A program made the position numbers and the translations under genes. Shown in pieces: positions 25,789 through 38,924 of a stretch of DNA of 64,000 nucleotides (the stretch's first letter is position 1; each line of letters opens with the position of its first letter). The stretch spans positions 23,175,915 to 23,239,914 of the forward strand of contig JAHRHZ010000271.1 in assembly GCA_024137785.1 (NCBI GenBank), read 5' to 3'. The notes under the pieces are model-generated. The model did not search any database, had not been told where the DNA came from, and worked only from the letters and a program-made list of their open reading frames with translations. The DNA comes from Ginglymostoma cirratum (Eukaryota).

Positions 25789-25896
25789 ACAAAAGCAGAA
25801 ATTTCTGGAAAAACCCAACAGGTCTGACAGCATCTGTGGAGAGAAAGCAGAGTTAACATTTCAGGTCTCATGACCCTTTTCCAGAACTGATTTAGA
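25789..25896 (-). mobile_element. Penelope-derived hammerhead mini-element with a 12-bp TSD
   Basis: The minus strand reads AGTT-CTGGAAA-A-GGGTC-ATGA-GACCT-GAAATGTT-AACT; AGGGAAATAGTT at 25777-25788 and 25897-25908. Confidence 0.8.
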
Positions 25897-27919
25897 AGGG
25901 AAATAGTTGCCCACTGTTCCTATTGAAGTGTCAGTTTAGTTAATGTCCAGTGAATAGGTTCATGATCAGTTCAGGATAGCAAGTGAGTTCCCAACATTGG
26001 CAGGCCAATGGGAAATTCTACAGCAATGACAAATTTGTCAGGAATAGGGCTTATCTTTACCACAATCTGTCACTTATTCCAAACCTAGTGTAGCCCTCAC
26101 AAAAATAATAAATCATCAGGATCATGATAGACATGCTAGTTAGCAATGAGACCTTTCAAGCCTGTCCACATCCAAACTGTCCATCCCCATAAACCCTTCA
26201 ATTAGGGCTGAGGTGTGAACCTGATGGTTTCAGCACACATTAATAGTGATCAAATTTGGGCATCTCCCATTATCTTCAGAAAGGCCATCGGAAATAATGT
26301 GATGTATTTCTTGTGAAAGCATCCCAGTGCTTATGTTGGATTTCATTCCTTGAATCTTATCAGAAACACAGCTGTACACAGCGCCAATAAGCTTCAATCT
26401 CTCAAATAAATGTAAGGATCCATCATTTTCTAACCTTGAGTTTTCTTTTTTTCAATTAATTGTATGATCCAGCTTGAAATTCACTACTTAAACTGCTAAT
26501 CAATATAGTGGAAAATGTTAAACGTTGATGTTTTGTTTATTCATTCAAACTACAATACAAGATTTGTATAAACTTTGCAGTAAGTCCCAAAAAGTGCAAG
26601 TATTTAGTTAGGTTGATTTACAATCACCTCATGAAATACTTTATAATCTGATCAACTTGCCTGCCTAGCAAAATTCTCTTGAGCTGTTGTGTGGCATGAA
26701 TAAATTCCACAAATACCCCTGCATACACACAAATTGTATGAAAATAAAGTGAGTGCACTGCACAGTTAATAAATTCCAGGTCTGCTCTGACTATTCCCTC
26801 AAAACAAAATTAACGGTCTCATGTATCAGATTCAGTGTCTTTTACAATCATGAATAATAATATTTAGTATTCCACTAGCATGATTTGGGATTGTAACAAT
26901 AATAATTTCAAGTTATTATAAGAAACTAGATGTCATAACCTTGCATATAAATCCTGTGCCATACTCCAGTCTTCTAAGATGGAGCCAATGCATGTCCTGG
27001 TTAGATAAAGTCAATGAAAAATGAAGAAGTTGTCTTCCTTCATGGATTCTAATTGACAGAATAGAATAGTAATTTTAGATGATTAACTTCTTTTATGATG
27101 CTTCCTGCAAGATATGAAACAATAAAGAATGCTACACTACCCTGTTAGCAGGCTAACTTGTCCTAGTCTGCCTTATCATTGCATTTGTCCAGCTATCATC
27201 TTAATGGAAGCTTGTCTCCTACATGTCTCCTTTGGCAGCCTTTCTCTGAATTAACTCACTAATGATATCTTAAATCCTTCTTTTGTTTCGCTCCTGAACA
27301 GGGAGTTGACTATTCAATTTCGTGACTCCTTTCTGCTGCTGGGTTATCAGAGCCATTTGTTAAGCCACCCAGCACCTCCTCGATCAAAACAGCTACTATA
27401 GCCCACTGCTCACAGGATGAATAGAGCCATTCTAACACAATAAGTTGAGATGGTTCACAGAAACTCTCACTGAACTTCCATTGTTTTATTTGAAGTTTGA
27501 CCCATTTCCCTTGGTTTCTATGGGTATATTTTCTCCTCACCCTATTTCTGCCTTTAAAAAAATTGTGAATTAAATTGAACTGGAATATAAATCACATCCA
27601 CGGCATTTGTGGCTTAAGTCAAAAGTCCCAAAATAATAAATTCACTAGGTGTTCAATCCAATATTAACCATCTGCTTTGTTGTTAGGCTGTTACTTTCAT
27701 ATCAACTGACCTTAATGTTAATGGGGAGTAAAAATAAATTATATTTCCCTTTCTTTTGCCATTTAGGGTTAAACACATTCACTTTGTTGTTCACCCAATT
27801 CAATGATCACTGATAGGAAAAAAAGTTGAAACATTGTTTTCTTTTGTTCTGTGCGTTCCCTTTTCAGATGCACCCATTGTAATCTAGGTATTCTACTTGT
27901 TCTGTGTTTATTTCTCACA

Positions 27920-29017
27920 TTCATTACATACCACCCCAACAACCTCCGCATCCGGCATATCATCCTCCGCAATTCCAACACCTACAATCCGACCTCCCCA
28001 CCAAAGAGATATTTCCCTCCCCACCCCTCTCTGCCTTCTGTAGGGACCGCTCCCTCCGCGACTCCCTCGTCTGCTCCACACTCCCCACTAGTCCCACCAT
28101 CCCTAGCACCTTTCCGTGCAACCGCAGGAGGTGCTACACTGCCCCTACACCTCCCCCCTCATCCCTATCCAAGGCCCAAGACAAACTTTCCATGTCCGAC
28201 AGGGGTTCACCTGTACATCCTCCAACCTGATCTACTGTATCCGCTGCTCCTGATGTGGCCTCCTCGATGTCTGTGAGACCAAGCACAGATTTGGGGACCA
28301 ATTCATAGAGCATCTGCACTTTGTACGCAATAATCAACAACACCTTCCGGTCTCGAAACATTTTAACTCCGCCTCCCACTCCCTGGGTGACATGTCCGTC
28401 CTGGGCCTCCTCCAGTGTCACAATGACACCACCCACAAACTGGAGGAGCAACACCTCATATTCCGCCTCGGGAGCCTACAGCCAGAAGGCCTGAATGTGG
28501 AATTCACCAGTTTTAAAATCTCCCCACACCGAGTCTCATCTCACATGCAAACATCCCTCTCATCCCCACCTCCTTGACCTGACACAACCTGTCTATCTTC
28601 TTCCTCACCTTTCTGCTCCCCCCTTCCCACTGACCAATCCCTACTATCCCCTTCTTACATCCGCCTATCACCACCCCACCTCCCCTCCCCCAGACCCACC
28701 CCTCTTCCCTCTCACCTCTTTGACCTGACACAATCTGTCTGTCTTTCTCCCCACCTATCCGCCCCACCCTTCCAACTGGCCAGTGCCCACTACTCCCTGC
28801 CTGCATCCACCTATCGCCATTCCACCTGCCTTCCTCCAGCCCTACCCCTCCTCCCTCTATTTGGTTCCCAGCTGCTTTCCCTCTCCCCCATTTCTGACAA
28901 AGGGTCCCGACCCGAAATGTCAACTTTCCTGTTCCTCTGATGCTGCCTGACCTGCTGTGTTCCTTCAGCTCCAAACTGTGTTGACTTTGACTCCAGCATC
29001 TGCATTTCTTGCTATCC
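27920..29017 (+). mobile_element. Penelope-like retroelement 3' fragment: Zn-finger linker, GIY-YIG endonuclease and hammerhead-bearing tail
   Basis: TYHP..., FPCNRRRC, FTCTSSNLIYCIRCS*CGLLDVCET, HFNSASHS, EQHLIFRLGSLQPEGLNVEF; frameshifted; C-rich spacer, then CTGACAA-AGGGTCCCGACCC-GAAATGTC at 28894-28921. Confidence 0.9.
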
Positions 29018-30138
29018 CTTTATTTCATTACCAGTTCAGAATAAACTGATTATGTGCATATGACAAAATGGAGAATTATATGGTTGGACAAAAAAATTCA
29101 TGCCTCAACATGCCAGCTTATTTCAAACAAGTTTTTATTTTTAATGCCACCCATAAAGAATAAATTGCAATTTGATGTGCATATTTTTGAATATGATTTA
29201 TTGTATTGCATCTCTGTAAGTTTAGAGAAGATGCTTTGTTTCTTGAGGGCAAGTCTATAATTAAGTTCAAAAAATCCATGTCATGACAGCCCTAAAATCA
29301 TGTGTCCCTCCAGTTTGTACTCCTTTGTAAAGTTGCATATTACCAAAGTTGTTATATTTTTACATCTAAGTATTTTACAATATGTGCCTGAGACTTATTT
29401 AGCTCCCTGGTGCAGCATAAATTATATAACTTTAATTTGTGTTACCATAGCAGAATTGTTTGGACAAACTTTTTAAATTCAAATCAACTAGACAGATCAA
29501 AATTGGGCCTGTAAAGCTGATATTTCTACTTCTGTTTCCAGGTTGAGTAGTTGCCAGAGACAGAGCATAATCTTTAGGAGAACAAAAGTGGTGTTTTTTT
29601 TTTCACTCCGGTAAAATTAAAGGGTCAGTGATAGTTGGACATCTGGAGCAATAAAGTGATGGACATTGCCTCACAGGCTTGGGGTTAAAATGTGAGATTC
29701 TTCTCTTCATATTCTGCACCCATTGAGTTAGCTTTGCCAAATTTCATGAGGATACCCTCATGGTACTCCCTTTTTGAGATTCGGAAAATGTTTAAATTAA
29801 TATAATCTAAATGTGTAAGTAGATGATAAAGCATACAGCTCAGTAAAACTCTTGACAAAAGTAAAAGTTCAAAAAAAAAACAAATTTTTGAAGCCTTACT
29901 TTGGTCTAAAAAGTCATCTTTCCCTCATTTTCAAGGCCTGTTGAGGTTTTCACAGAAGTTAACTTGATACCTAAGGACTGCATATTTTCCAAACTTGCAT
30001 CATTTTTCTTTGTTTTTCTTATCTACAAACAGAAGGTGCATACATTGAAATGAAGCCCATTATATTTTCAAGTTGTTACTTGTGTACGTTTGTAAGGAAT
30101 GCTATTCCATGCTTTTAAATTCTGTTTTATTTTTTCAG

Positions 30139-30314
30139 CTGCGAAGCTCATTTAAGCAAGCCTTTACCCTCAAAAAGGCACCAAAATCTGCATCTTCCTA
30201 TTCCGACATTGAAGAAATTGCAACACCAGATTCTTCAGTGCCATCTTCCCCTAAAGTGCAGCGTGAAGATGCAGATTCATCGGCCCCCATCAAACCATCA
30301 CATTCATCCACTGA
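30139..30314 (+). CDS. NAV1: NAV1-like exon, LRSSFKQAFTLKKAPKSASSYSDIEEIATPDSS...HSST
   Basis: tttttcag acceptor and ga|gtaaat donor; 176 nt, phase 2; NAV1-type SASSYSDIEEIATPDSS. Confidence 0.95.
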
Positions 30315-30431
30315 GTAAATAAAACTAAATATTTTCTGCTTTTTTTTTGTCTGCAGTTCTATGAACTGTTCTCATATAGAATGTATTGAACTATGATAAT
30401 TGACTTCTGAAGTTGATTTGTTAAATTGTCA

Positions 30432-30540
30432 GGCATTTATATAAGCGCCTTTCATGACCTCAGGACTTCACAAAATGCTTTACAGCCGGTAAAATACTTC
30501 GAGTGCTATCATTGTTCGAATGTAGGAAACACAGCTGTTG
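30432..30540 (-). mobile_element. DeuSINE/L2-type 3' tail
   Basis: The reverse strand ends gtcctgaggtcatgaaaggcgcttatataaatgc. Confidence 0.65.
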
Positions 30541-30776
30541 ATTTGATTTTGTTTGTCTTTGGCACGAAGCGTTGAGTCGTAAGAACTGTACTCGCAGAAC
30601 TTCATGGTGGGCAGGGGATCATTTGTTCCTGTCTTAATTGTGTAAAATCTGTGAAACGGTAGAAAATATTTCATACGTGAAATTTTCCAAAACTTACCCT
30701 GCGTGAGAGCCTGCATCTGCTGCTGATAAGTGATGTAGTTACCACTTAAATGACGTGTGCTCCAAGACAAGCGGAA

Positions 30777-31225
30777 GTCATAGAGTAATACAGCATGGAA
30801 ACAGGCCTTTCGGCCCAAACTGGTCCATGCTGACCATAGCCCATTCGCTACTTCCAATTGCCTGCATTTGGTCCATATCCCTCTAAACACTTCCTATCCA
30901 CGTACCTATCCAAATGTTTCTTAAATGTTGCTATTGTGCCTGTCTGAACCACTTTTTCTGGCAACCTATTCCATATACACACTACTGTGTTAAGATGTTG
31001 CCCCTCAGGTCCTTCTTAAATCTATCCCCTCTCACCTTAAACCTATGCCCTCTAGTTTTCAATTCCCCATCCCTGGGAAAAAGACTATATGCATTCATCC
31101 TATCTATGCCCATCATGATTTTATGCATCTCAGTAAGGTCACTCTCCCCCTCCAAGAGCTCCCCACCACTGCCCCCCCCACCGGCATTCTCCTACTTTCC
31201 AAGGAATAAAGTCCTGTCCTGGCCA
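30777..31225 (-). mobile_element. CR1/HER1 LINE 3' end
   Basis: The reverse strand has RGHRFKVRGDRFKKDLRG-type coding and the gggccgaaaggcctgtttccatgctgta tail. Confidence 0.88.
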
Positions 31226-31499
31226 ACGCAGTCTTTGTTGCACATAATGAGTTTGGGACTCTATCAGTGGTGGTATGTGTGGATTGGCAACAGAGCTTTG
31301 ACTTAGGTTAGACAACTTTGAAATCTTTGAATGTCTTCAAGTAGTCTGTGAAAGTTCTTGAGATAGAGAAGGCAGGTGCAAACTTCCCTGTACAATGTGA
31401 ATAATCCTATTAAACAATTTCCTAAGATTGCAATAGCTTTCTTCACCTTGCTTCTACCAAGTATAGATTACATAGAATTTATTGCATGAAAACAGTAAA

Positions 31500-32255
31500 A
31501 CAGAGCCAGTACCTCGAGTAGAGCATAACACCACTCTCAGCTGTCGGAGGGGAGAAATAAGATGAACTGCATGTTGTCGAAGTCTGAGTGGGGTGAAGAA
31601 GAGTAGAAACATTTCCACTGGAACCCTTACCGCTGCTGACATTTCTGAGCTTGTGTTCCGAGTTTGATATTTTCCATTCCTGCACCTAAAGTTTGGAACT
31701 TTCTCAGTAGTATACTGCTACACTGACAGGAAACCTTGAGGACTGCTTCAAGCCTGCCTTTCAAAGTCATTGAGAGCTCTGGGATAAAATATGGCTGGTT
31801 AAAAGGGGAGTCATAGATCCTTTCCCAGTGCCTGCCCACCAAATGTGGAAATCTAGCCCAGTCCGAGTCTTTGTGTAAACCTCAGCTCCGAGTTGGCACC
31901 ATTCCGTCTCCTGGACAGTGAAGATTGGCTTCCTGGCAGTTTTGAAATGCACCAAATATTTTGTTATACATACTTATCTTCGGTAGCTTGTTCCATCAAA
32001 GACCGCAAATGTATCCTATCCGGGTGATGCAATGTGCATTTTTGCCCTCAGCCAGCTGGCATCCATATGACCCTTGTCCCCAGCCTTCCTTCAGTCTGCT
32101 GATGACCACGTGCAGATCCCGTCTCTAGTCTATTCTTTTATGATCTATGCAGTGCCTGATATTAACTCTGAGCTGGCAGCTGCAAGCACCTAATCTGGTG
32201 ACAGTGATATATCTTTATCATCACTCTCATCTTGCTGTTTGTCTAGCACCTGGGC
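31500..32255 (-). mobile_element. Probable Harbinger-derived degenerate sequence
   Basis: GC-richer block with loose resemblance to 18450-18720; no intact ORF. Confidence 0.3.
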
Positions 32256-32257
32256 AG

Positions 32258-33428
32258 GTGTTATCAACATGGTCTTCAAGAAGGCCTTTGACAAGGTTCT
32301 GCACAGGAGGCTGCTGAGTAAGATAAGGGCCCATGGTGCTAGCAAGGTGCTAGCATGGGTAGAAGATTGGCTGTCTGGCAGAAAGCAGAGAGTGAGGTTA
32401 AAAGGATCATTCTCAGGATGGCAGCCAGTGACAAGTGGTGTTCTACAAAGGTCAGTGTTGGGACCACAACTTTTCACTTTATACATTAATGATCTAGATG
32501 AAGGAATTGAGGGCATTCTGGCTATGTTTGAAGACAATACAAAGATTGGTAGAGTGGCAGATAGCATTGAGGATGCGGGGAGGCTGTAGAAGGATTTGGA
32601 CAGGTTAGGAGAGTAGGCAAAGAAGTGGCAGATGGAGGACAACGTGGAAAAGTGTGAGGTCATGCACTTTGGTAAGAAGAATAGAAGCATGGACTAGTTT
32701 CTAAATGGGGAGAAAATTCAGAAATCTGAAGTGCAAAGAGACTTGGGAGTTCTAGTCCCGGATTCTCTCAAGGTAAATTTGCAGGTTGAGTCAGTAGTTA
32801 GGAAGGCGAATCCAATGTTGGCATTTATTTTGAGAGGACTTGAATATAAAAGCAGGAATGTACGTCTGAGGCTCTATATGGCTCTGGACAGGCCACGTTT
32901 GGAGTATTGTGTGCAGTTTTGGGCCCCATATCTCAGGAAAGATGTACTGGCCCTGGAGCGGGTTCAGAGGAGTTTAACGAGAATGGCCCCAGGAATGAAA
33001 AGCTTAACATATGACGAATGTTTGACGACTGTGGGTCTCACTGCTCAATGGTGTTTAGAAGGATGAGGGGGGATCTAATTGAAACTTACAGAATACTGAA
33101 TGACCTGGATAGAGTGGATGTTGGGAAGATGTTTCCATTGGTAGGAGAGACTAGGACCCGAGGGCACAGCCTTGAAGTAAAGGGAAGACCTTTTAGAACG
33201 GAGAAACTTCTTCGGCCAAAGAGTGGTGAATCTATGGAATTCACCACCACAGAAGGCTGTGGAGGCCAGGTCATTGAGTGCATTTAAGAAGGAAATAGAT
33301 AGGATCTTGATTGTCAAGGGGATTAATGGTTATGGGGAGAAAGCGGGAGAATGGGGTCGAGAAACCTACAGCCATGATTGAATGGCAGATGGGCTGAATG
33401 GCCTAATTTCTGCTCCTATGTCTTATTG
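32258..33428 (+). mobile_element. CR1 LINE, 5'-truncated RT to 3' UTR
   Basis: FKKAFDKV, SGVLQRSVLGP, FEDNTKIG, QRDLGVLV, LEYCVQFWAPY and RGDLIETY; tail gggctgaatggcctaatttctgctcctatgtcttat. Confidence 0.93.
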
Positions 33429-33659
33429 TCAAGTCTTTAGAGCTTTGATAGGGAACCAAAAAAAAAACACAAGGCTAAAGTTGTGTTATGAGGAAGGTGT
33501 ACACGTAAGGAATGCATTCTTACACCATCTATCGCTTGTAAATCAGGAAGTATGGTGGAAAAGAGGTAAGTGGAATATTAAGATCATATTCCAGCAGTAG
33601 AATATTAGGATCAGGACTGATAATAGTATCATGATCTGTGGTTTCATCACCACCACTGA

Positions 33660-34090
33660 CTATTGGCTTCACCAATCACTGTCCTAGACCGTCAATGCCA
33701 CAATGTTAAAATTCTTATCCTCATATTCAAATGTTGCCCTGGCCTCTTACAATCTATCTATGTAACCCCCTCCAGCTCCTACGTGCGAGAGTCGTTGACA
33801 CCCTGTTCTTACCCATTCCTGTTTCAATTTATACACCATTGGGAGCCTCAGCTTTGCTGCTAACATCTGATTGTCTAGGACTCGCCCCGTAAACCTCTCA
33901 ACCTACCTATCTGTGTGTGTCTCTCTCTCTGTCTCCTCTTAATTTCTTAAACGCTATTTCTTTGACCGAACTTTAGAATACTCCTAACCTCTCCTCACTT
34001 TACTGGGTGTGAGAATTTTGTTTGATTGTACTCCTGCGAAGCACCTTGGATGTTAACAATTTTACAGGCGTTATATAAATGCAAATTGTT
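33660..34090 (+). mobile_element. L2-type LINE 3' end
   Basis: KILILIFK-type relic and the tail gcaccttggatg...ggcgttatataaatgcaa. Confidence 0.6.
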
Positions 34091-34303
34091 CATGAAGTTA
34101 GGTCACAGATAAGTCGTGATCATATTAAGTGATGAAATGAGATTGAGAGGCTAAATTGCCTACTCTTGTTGCATGTTCCCATTTGAGTTGCATTTGATTC
34201 ATGACAGCAATCTAACAAAACTCATCATTCTAACTCTAATTTCTGATGTGGTGTGAAAACGCTCTGATTGTCCTGAGAAGAAACCAAACTGTTTTTAATG
34301 CAG

Positions 34304-34457
34304 GGTCTATGATTCCCGTGAGCCTGAGTTGAAGGAAGTATCAAACCTACGGAATGAGTTGTGGGATAAGGAAAGGAAACTAACAGATATCCGCCTCGAG
34401 GCTCTCAGTTCAGCTCACCAGCTGGAGCAGTTACGAGAAGCCATGCATAACATGCAG
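34304..34457 (+). CDS. NAV1: NAV1-like exon, VYDSREPELKEVSNLRNELWDKERKLTDIRLEALSSAHQLEQLREAMHNMQ
   Basis: atgcag acceptor and gtatgt donor; 154 nt; LTDIRLEAL motif. Confidence 0.95.
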
Positions 34458-36084
34458 GTATGTAGCTTATTGAGTAAGGGTATCAAACCTGTACAAATGC
34501 AGACTGTTTGATTGCTTGAGTCAATGTTACTTCTTGGCCAGTTATGAAGTACCTTTTTGGTTAAAATTGTTTATTATGTGAGAACAGTTGGCATTAAGAA
34601 ATGTTGTCAGACCTGTCATTAAGGTGGAAGCTACTAATATTTGGCTAGCAGCTTGCCTTGCTGAAGGGCACATGAATCTGACAACAACAGATACTCTGCT
34701 CAATGAATAGATAAGCCCTCACCTGCATTTGGCAAGGTTTGAGGGGCATGCTGGTACCTTCTTCACCAACATCTATGAATATTTTAACCAGCTTTAGTTA
34801 CTGGAACCTGCTTCACTTTACTGATGTCGTAAGTCAAAATTCAGTTTTTTGAACTTATTTAACATTGTCTTATTTGCCTTTAGATATGTCATTAGACTTT
34901 TTCACATATTTTGAAGATCACTGAAAGGAGCCTGTGTGTTGAAAGTTGTTTTTGGAGTTCTGAAACAGATGGCTACTCAAAACTAAATTATTTTCTAAGA
35001 TTCCAACTGAAGCACAGCCTGATTTAAATCTAATTCTTGGTGCTAGGAATATTTTTGAATATAAGCCATTAAGAAAAAAGTTGATTAAGTATCAAGCAAT
35101 TATCATCGGCACATCCACCAGATGGTAAAGCACTGTGCATCGCATGATGATAAATGTAGTGTAAACATGTTATATTGGTGAATATGTCTGAAATAGTTTC
35201 CAGATTGCAACACTACAGTAGTGAGAAATTACAATATTTTTAAAGGAATGTTCATAATATTGTCTTATTTTTCCTTGCATTATCCATGCCATTAAAATTA
35301 CATGCCATAAAGTAACCAGTCTCCCAATCAGGTTTCCCACCTTTAATATGTCCCTAAGGTTTCTTCACAGGGGGAAAGGAAAAGGTCTGAAATAACAACC
35401 AAGTTCAGCCCACATTTAAAAGCTATTTTTAAACTTCCAATTACCATACACAGCTTCTCAGCTAAGAGAACAGGGGGCAGATGCACGCAATCCCTTCCAA
35501 CTGATTACTGAAAGTAATGGAAGAGTAGCCAAGATCAGACCACCCTCTGGATTTCTTCTCCCTCCTGTGGAGGAACATCCCTCCTTCATTCAGTACTTGA
35601 CAGTCCAGATGAAAGCAAAAGCTGCTGTGCAGAAAACTGTTGTCACAAATTTACATCCAGTTACTCTTGTTTTATTATAACACTGTCCATGTAATGTTGT
35701 CTCATTCAAATGCGATGTTCGAAGAGTCGGACTTTTAGACTCAATTGTTGGAGGCTTGAGTATATTTCTTACAACTCTCCATGTGGCTGTTAGGGTGATT
35801 GCTTGACACCTGACTACAGTGTAGCAGTTAATGTGGCACCCCAGATGCACATTTCATAAGTTATGTAACAACATAATAGGCCAGACACAATTAAATTGAT
35901 ACCGCAAGCCATTATATTCCTTGCTTTAAGGTTCAGACATTCTTACTAATGTCTTCTCTCAGACAGTAACAGCACAATGTAGCCATACTCACTGTAGGGA
36001 TTGGTTAGCTCAGTTGGTTGGTTCGTGAATGTGCCAGTTTGCAGGTTCAGTTCCTGTACCTGCTGAAGTTACCTTAACTGGGCC

Positions 36085-36510
36085 AAATTGACCCATCTCC
36101 TAAAAGGAAGTGTTTCTCCATATCTACTCTGTCTGTGCCCCTCAGACCTTTGTACAGGTCAGTCAGACTCCCCTGTAGCCTCCTCTGGTCTAAGGAAAAC
36201 AACCTCAGCCGGTCTAGTCTCTCTTCATTGCTCCAGCCCAGGCAACATCCTGGTGAATCTTTTCTGCACCTTTTCTAGTGCAATCATATCCTTCCTATAG
36301 TGTGGTGACCAGAACTGTACACAGTATTCCAGCTGTTGCCTACTAACATTCTATATAGCTTCATCATAATCACCTTGCTCTTGTATTTAATGATGAGACT
36401 AACAAAGGTAAGTATCCTATATGCCATCTGAGCCTCATTATGTACCTGTCCTACCTTCAAGGGTATATGGACAAAGATCAAATCCACTCTGGTCCTCTAC
36501 TTCCTAGGTC
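36085..36510 (-). mobile_element. CR1 LINE fragment
   Basis: Reverse strand LEYCVQFWSPHYRKD-type coding. Confidence 0.82.
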
Positions 36511-36679
36511 TCATGATCTGACATCTCTCTCAATCAGGTATTACCTTCAAGCCAGGAGATCAGCTCTGCTTTCGTGAAGAGTGAAAGGAGGGTTTGCCAG
36601 GGGCAGCAAGCATTCTTAAAAATCTGGTGTCAACCTTGAGAAGCTGAAACCACTAGACTACCTGCATATCAAATAGAAT

Positions 36680-37255
36680 GAACATGTGATGGAGCTCAGT
36701 ATTCCCACAACCAATAGATCAGACAAATCTTCGCAGTACTACCACTTCTAGTTATGAAATGCTTGACAATTAAGCAACTAACAGGAGGGGTGGGTTCACA
36801 AATGTACTAATCTCCATGAGGGGATGAGGACATTATTGCATAAGACAAGGCTGAAACATTTGCACCTACCTTCAGTCAAGGGAGGAGAGCACAATCCCCT
36901 TCTGACTGCTGAAGACCCCAGCATCACATATGTAATTTTCTGCCAGTTCAGTTCACCCATGTGCTTTCAAGAGACAACTGAAGTCAGTCAATGCCAGAAA
37001 GGCTATAGGCCCTGACAACACCTTGGAAATTGTACGAAAGACATCTACTCCATAATTAACTGTTCCCTAAGGTACAATGTTCCAGTAAAGCTACAACACT
37101 GACATCTATTTGACAATATAGAAAATCACCAGGCATGTCCTGTATACACAATGCAGGACAAATCCAATCCAGCCAATTATCCAGACAGTAATTATGATAG
37201 GCAATAAATGCTGGCCTCGCCAGTGACCCCTACATCCCATGAAAGAATGATTTAA
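36680..37255 (+). mobile_element. Degenerate LINE fragment ending in a SINE-shared tail
   Basis: Homologous to 8420-9080; ends caataaatgctggcctcgccagtgacccctacatcccatgaa. Confidence 0.55.
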
Positions 37256-38004
37256 ACACAAAGTGTGCTGAATTATGTAAATCTGATTTACCACAGTTTC
37301 GTAATTCACATTCCGAACAAAATGTAAGACTACTTTTTCTCAGTGCACAATGATATCTGCTTGAACCTGAATCATAATTGTATTTTATTTTTCTATGTTG
37401 TGATAGCTGTGACTAAGTGAGAACTTCTTACGCCTGCCATTTTTCATCTATGTTTTGTGAACCAAAATTTGAGGATTTATAAATGGGGATAGGTTTCCTT
37501 TTTTACAATTTGAGCAGAACCCTAGCACTGCAGATTATCTGCCCATTGTAAAACAGACTGATTTCAATTATATTTCTTTCAGTGAAATGTAAAGCAGATG
37601 AGTTTGTCAGTGCCTAGGCCTTCTGCTTTGTCAGATCATCACCCAGGCAGCAAAGATGTGAAACTACATAATGACTTTCTCAAAGACTGCAGTAATTTTT
37701 CATTTACAAAACATTTGATAATTTTTTAAAATGTGTATTTCTCCCTTTGATCTTAATGTTGTATGTTTATATAAATCTGCATTGTAAGCCTTTAAGTAAA
37801 ATCTGTAAAAGTACAGATTGACCAGTTCTATGGGATATTTTTGCAAAGAGTAATTTTCAATTCATAAGTATTGAAAATATCAAAACACTTTTAAAGTGAT
37901 ATCAGGTGTGAAAACTTCAAGGCCTTTCTTTTTATAACTTGGTGTGTAATGCCAACATACAGTAAGAGACAAATGTGTTCGTTAAACTACTCTTGCCTTT
38001 ATAG

Positions 38005-38173
38005 GTGGAAATTGAGGCATTAAAACTGGAGAATGACCGTCTCAAAGCAGATACAGGTACTGGGACATCACAGGCTGTCACATTATCGTCTGCCACTTCC
38101 TCTCCTCGGCGATCATTAGGACTTACCTTAGCTCATTCATTCAGTCTCAGTCTTACAGATTCGGTTGACCAAG
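38005..38173 (+). CDS. NAV1: NAV1-like exon, VEIEALKLENDRLK...SSPRRSLGLTLAHSFSLSLTDSVDQ
   Basis: ttatag acceptor; the caag|gtaata donor gives the phase 1 needed by the next exon; 169 nt. Confidence 0.92.
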
Positions 38174-38826
38174 GTAATAATGAATACATGTTTTTTACTG
38201 CATTTTCAAATGTTTGTCTTGACAATATTTTTGATCCACAAAACAGAAAAACCTCTGATATCTATCACTTCTCTCATCAACTACAACACTATTAATACTG
38301 CCAAAACTGATTTAATAATAAGGTCTTCCCCTCTGGCATGTTATGGGAACTCAGCTTAGAAAACTGAAGCATCTTTCCTCCCCACCCATGCCATAGTCAG
38401 CACATGTTGTTTCCTTGTCTCTTATTATTGTCACTTTTGCCTGGCCTCTTTTTGTTCAGCCTTCTATTTGATTTACTCAATTTTAATCAGCTTGCTTAAA
38501 AGCAGGAATTAGGCACTGATGATAGAAATTTGACAGGATTCAGGTGCTCAACTTCTTGACTTAAAATTCATTTTCCATGATTACCCATCAGTTGGAAATC
38601 CCCCTGATATTTCCATAACAAATTATTGTAAACTCCAAGTCCTGTATGGTATTGGGCAATGCATTTGCATCTAGTTTGAGGAGCTGTTATCCTTCAATAC
38701 AATGGAGTTTTGTTTTCACCTACATTTGTTATAGATGTGTAATTAGTGCAACCTAGAAAGAATGCTGAAGTTTGCTCCCACTTGTTAAGTGCTGTTTTTC
38801 AGTATTTTGTTTTGTCTCCAATTCAG

Positions 38827-38924
38827 ATGTATCACCAATGGATGGAGTAACCAGTTCATCCCTGAAAGAGGAAAGGAATGTTCGAATTGTGGTCCATCTC
38901 ACTGAGGAGCAGATTTGCAATGAA
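38827..38924 (+). CDS. NAV1: NAV1-like exon, DVSPMDGVTSSSLKEERNVRIVVHLTEEQICNE
   Basis: attcag acceptor and gtaagt donor; 98 nt; SPMDG motif of NAV1. Confidence 0.92.

Noticed and set aside
27302-27887. Acceptor-like sites ending at 27301 and 27867
   Set aside because: Both run into stop codons or frameshifting lengths with weak donors; such tracts are common in AT-rich introns.
28251-28253. In-frame TGA in the CxxC of the Penelope endonuclease as selenocysteine
   Set aside because: It falls at an x position (CS*C) and is best explained by CGA-to-TGA CpG decay in an already frameshifted copy.
29745-29762. CATGAGGATACCCTCATG resembling the MS2 operator hairpin
   Set aside because: Single short hairpin without the correct bulge and loop geometry; likely chance.
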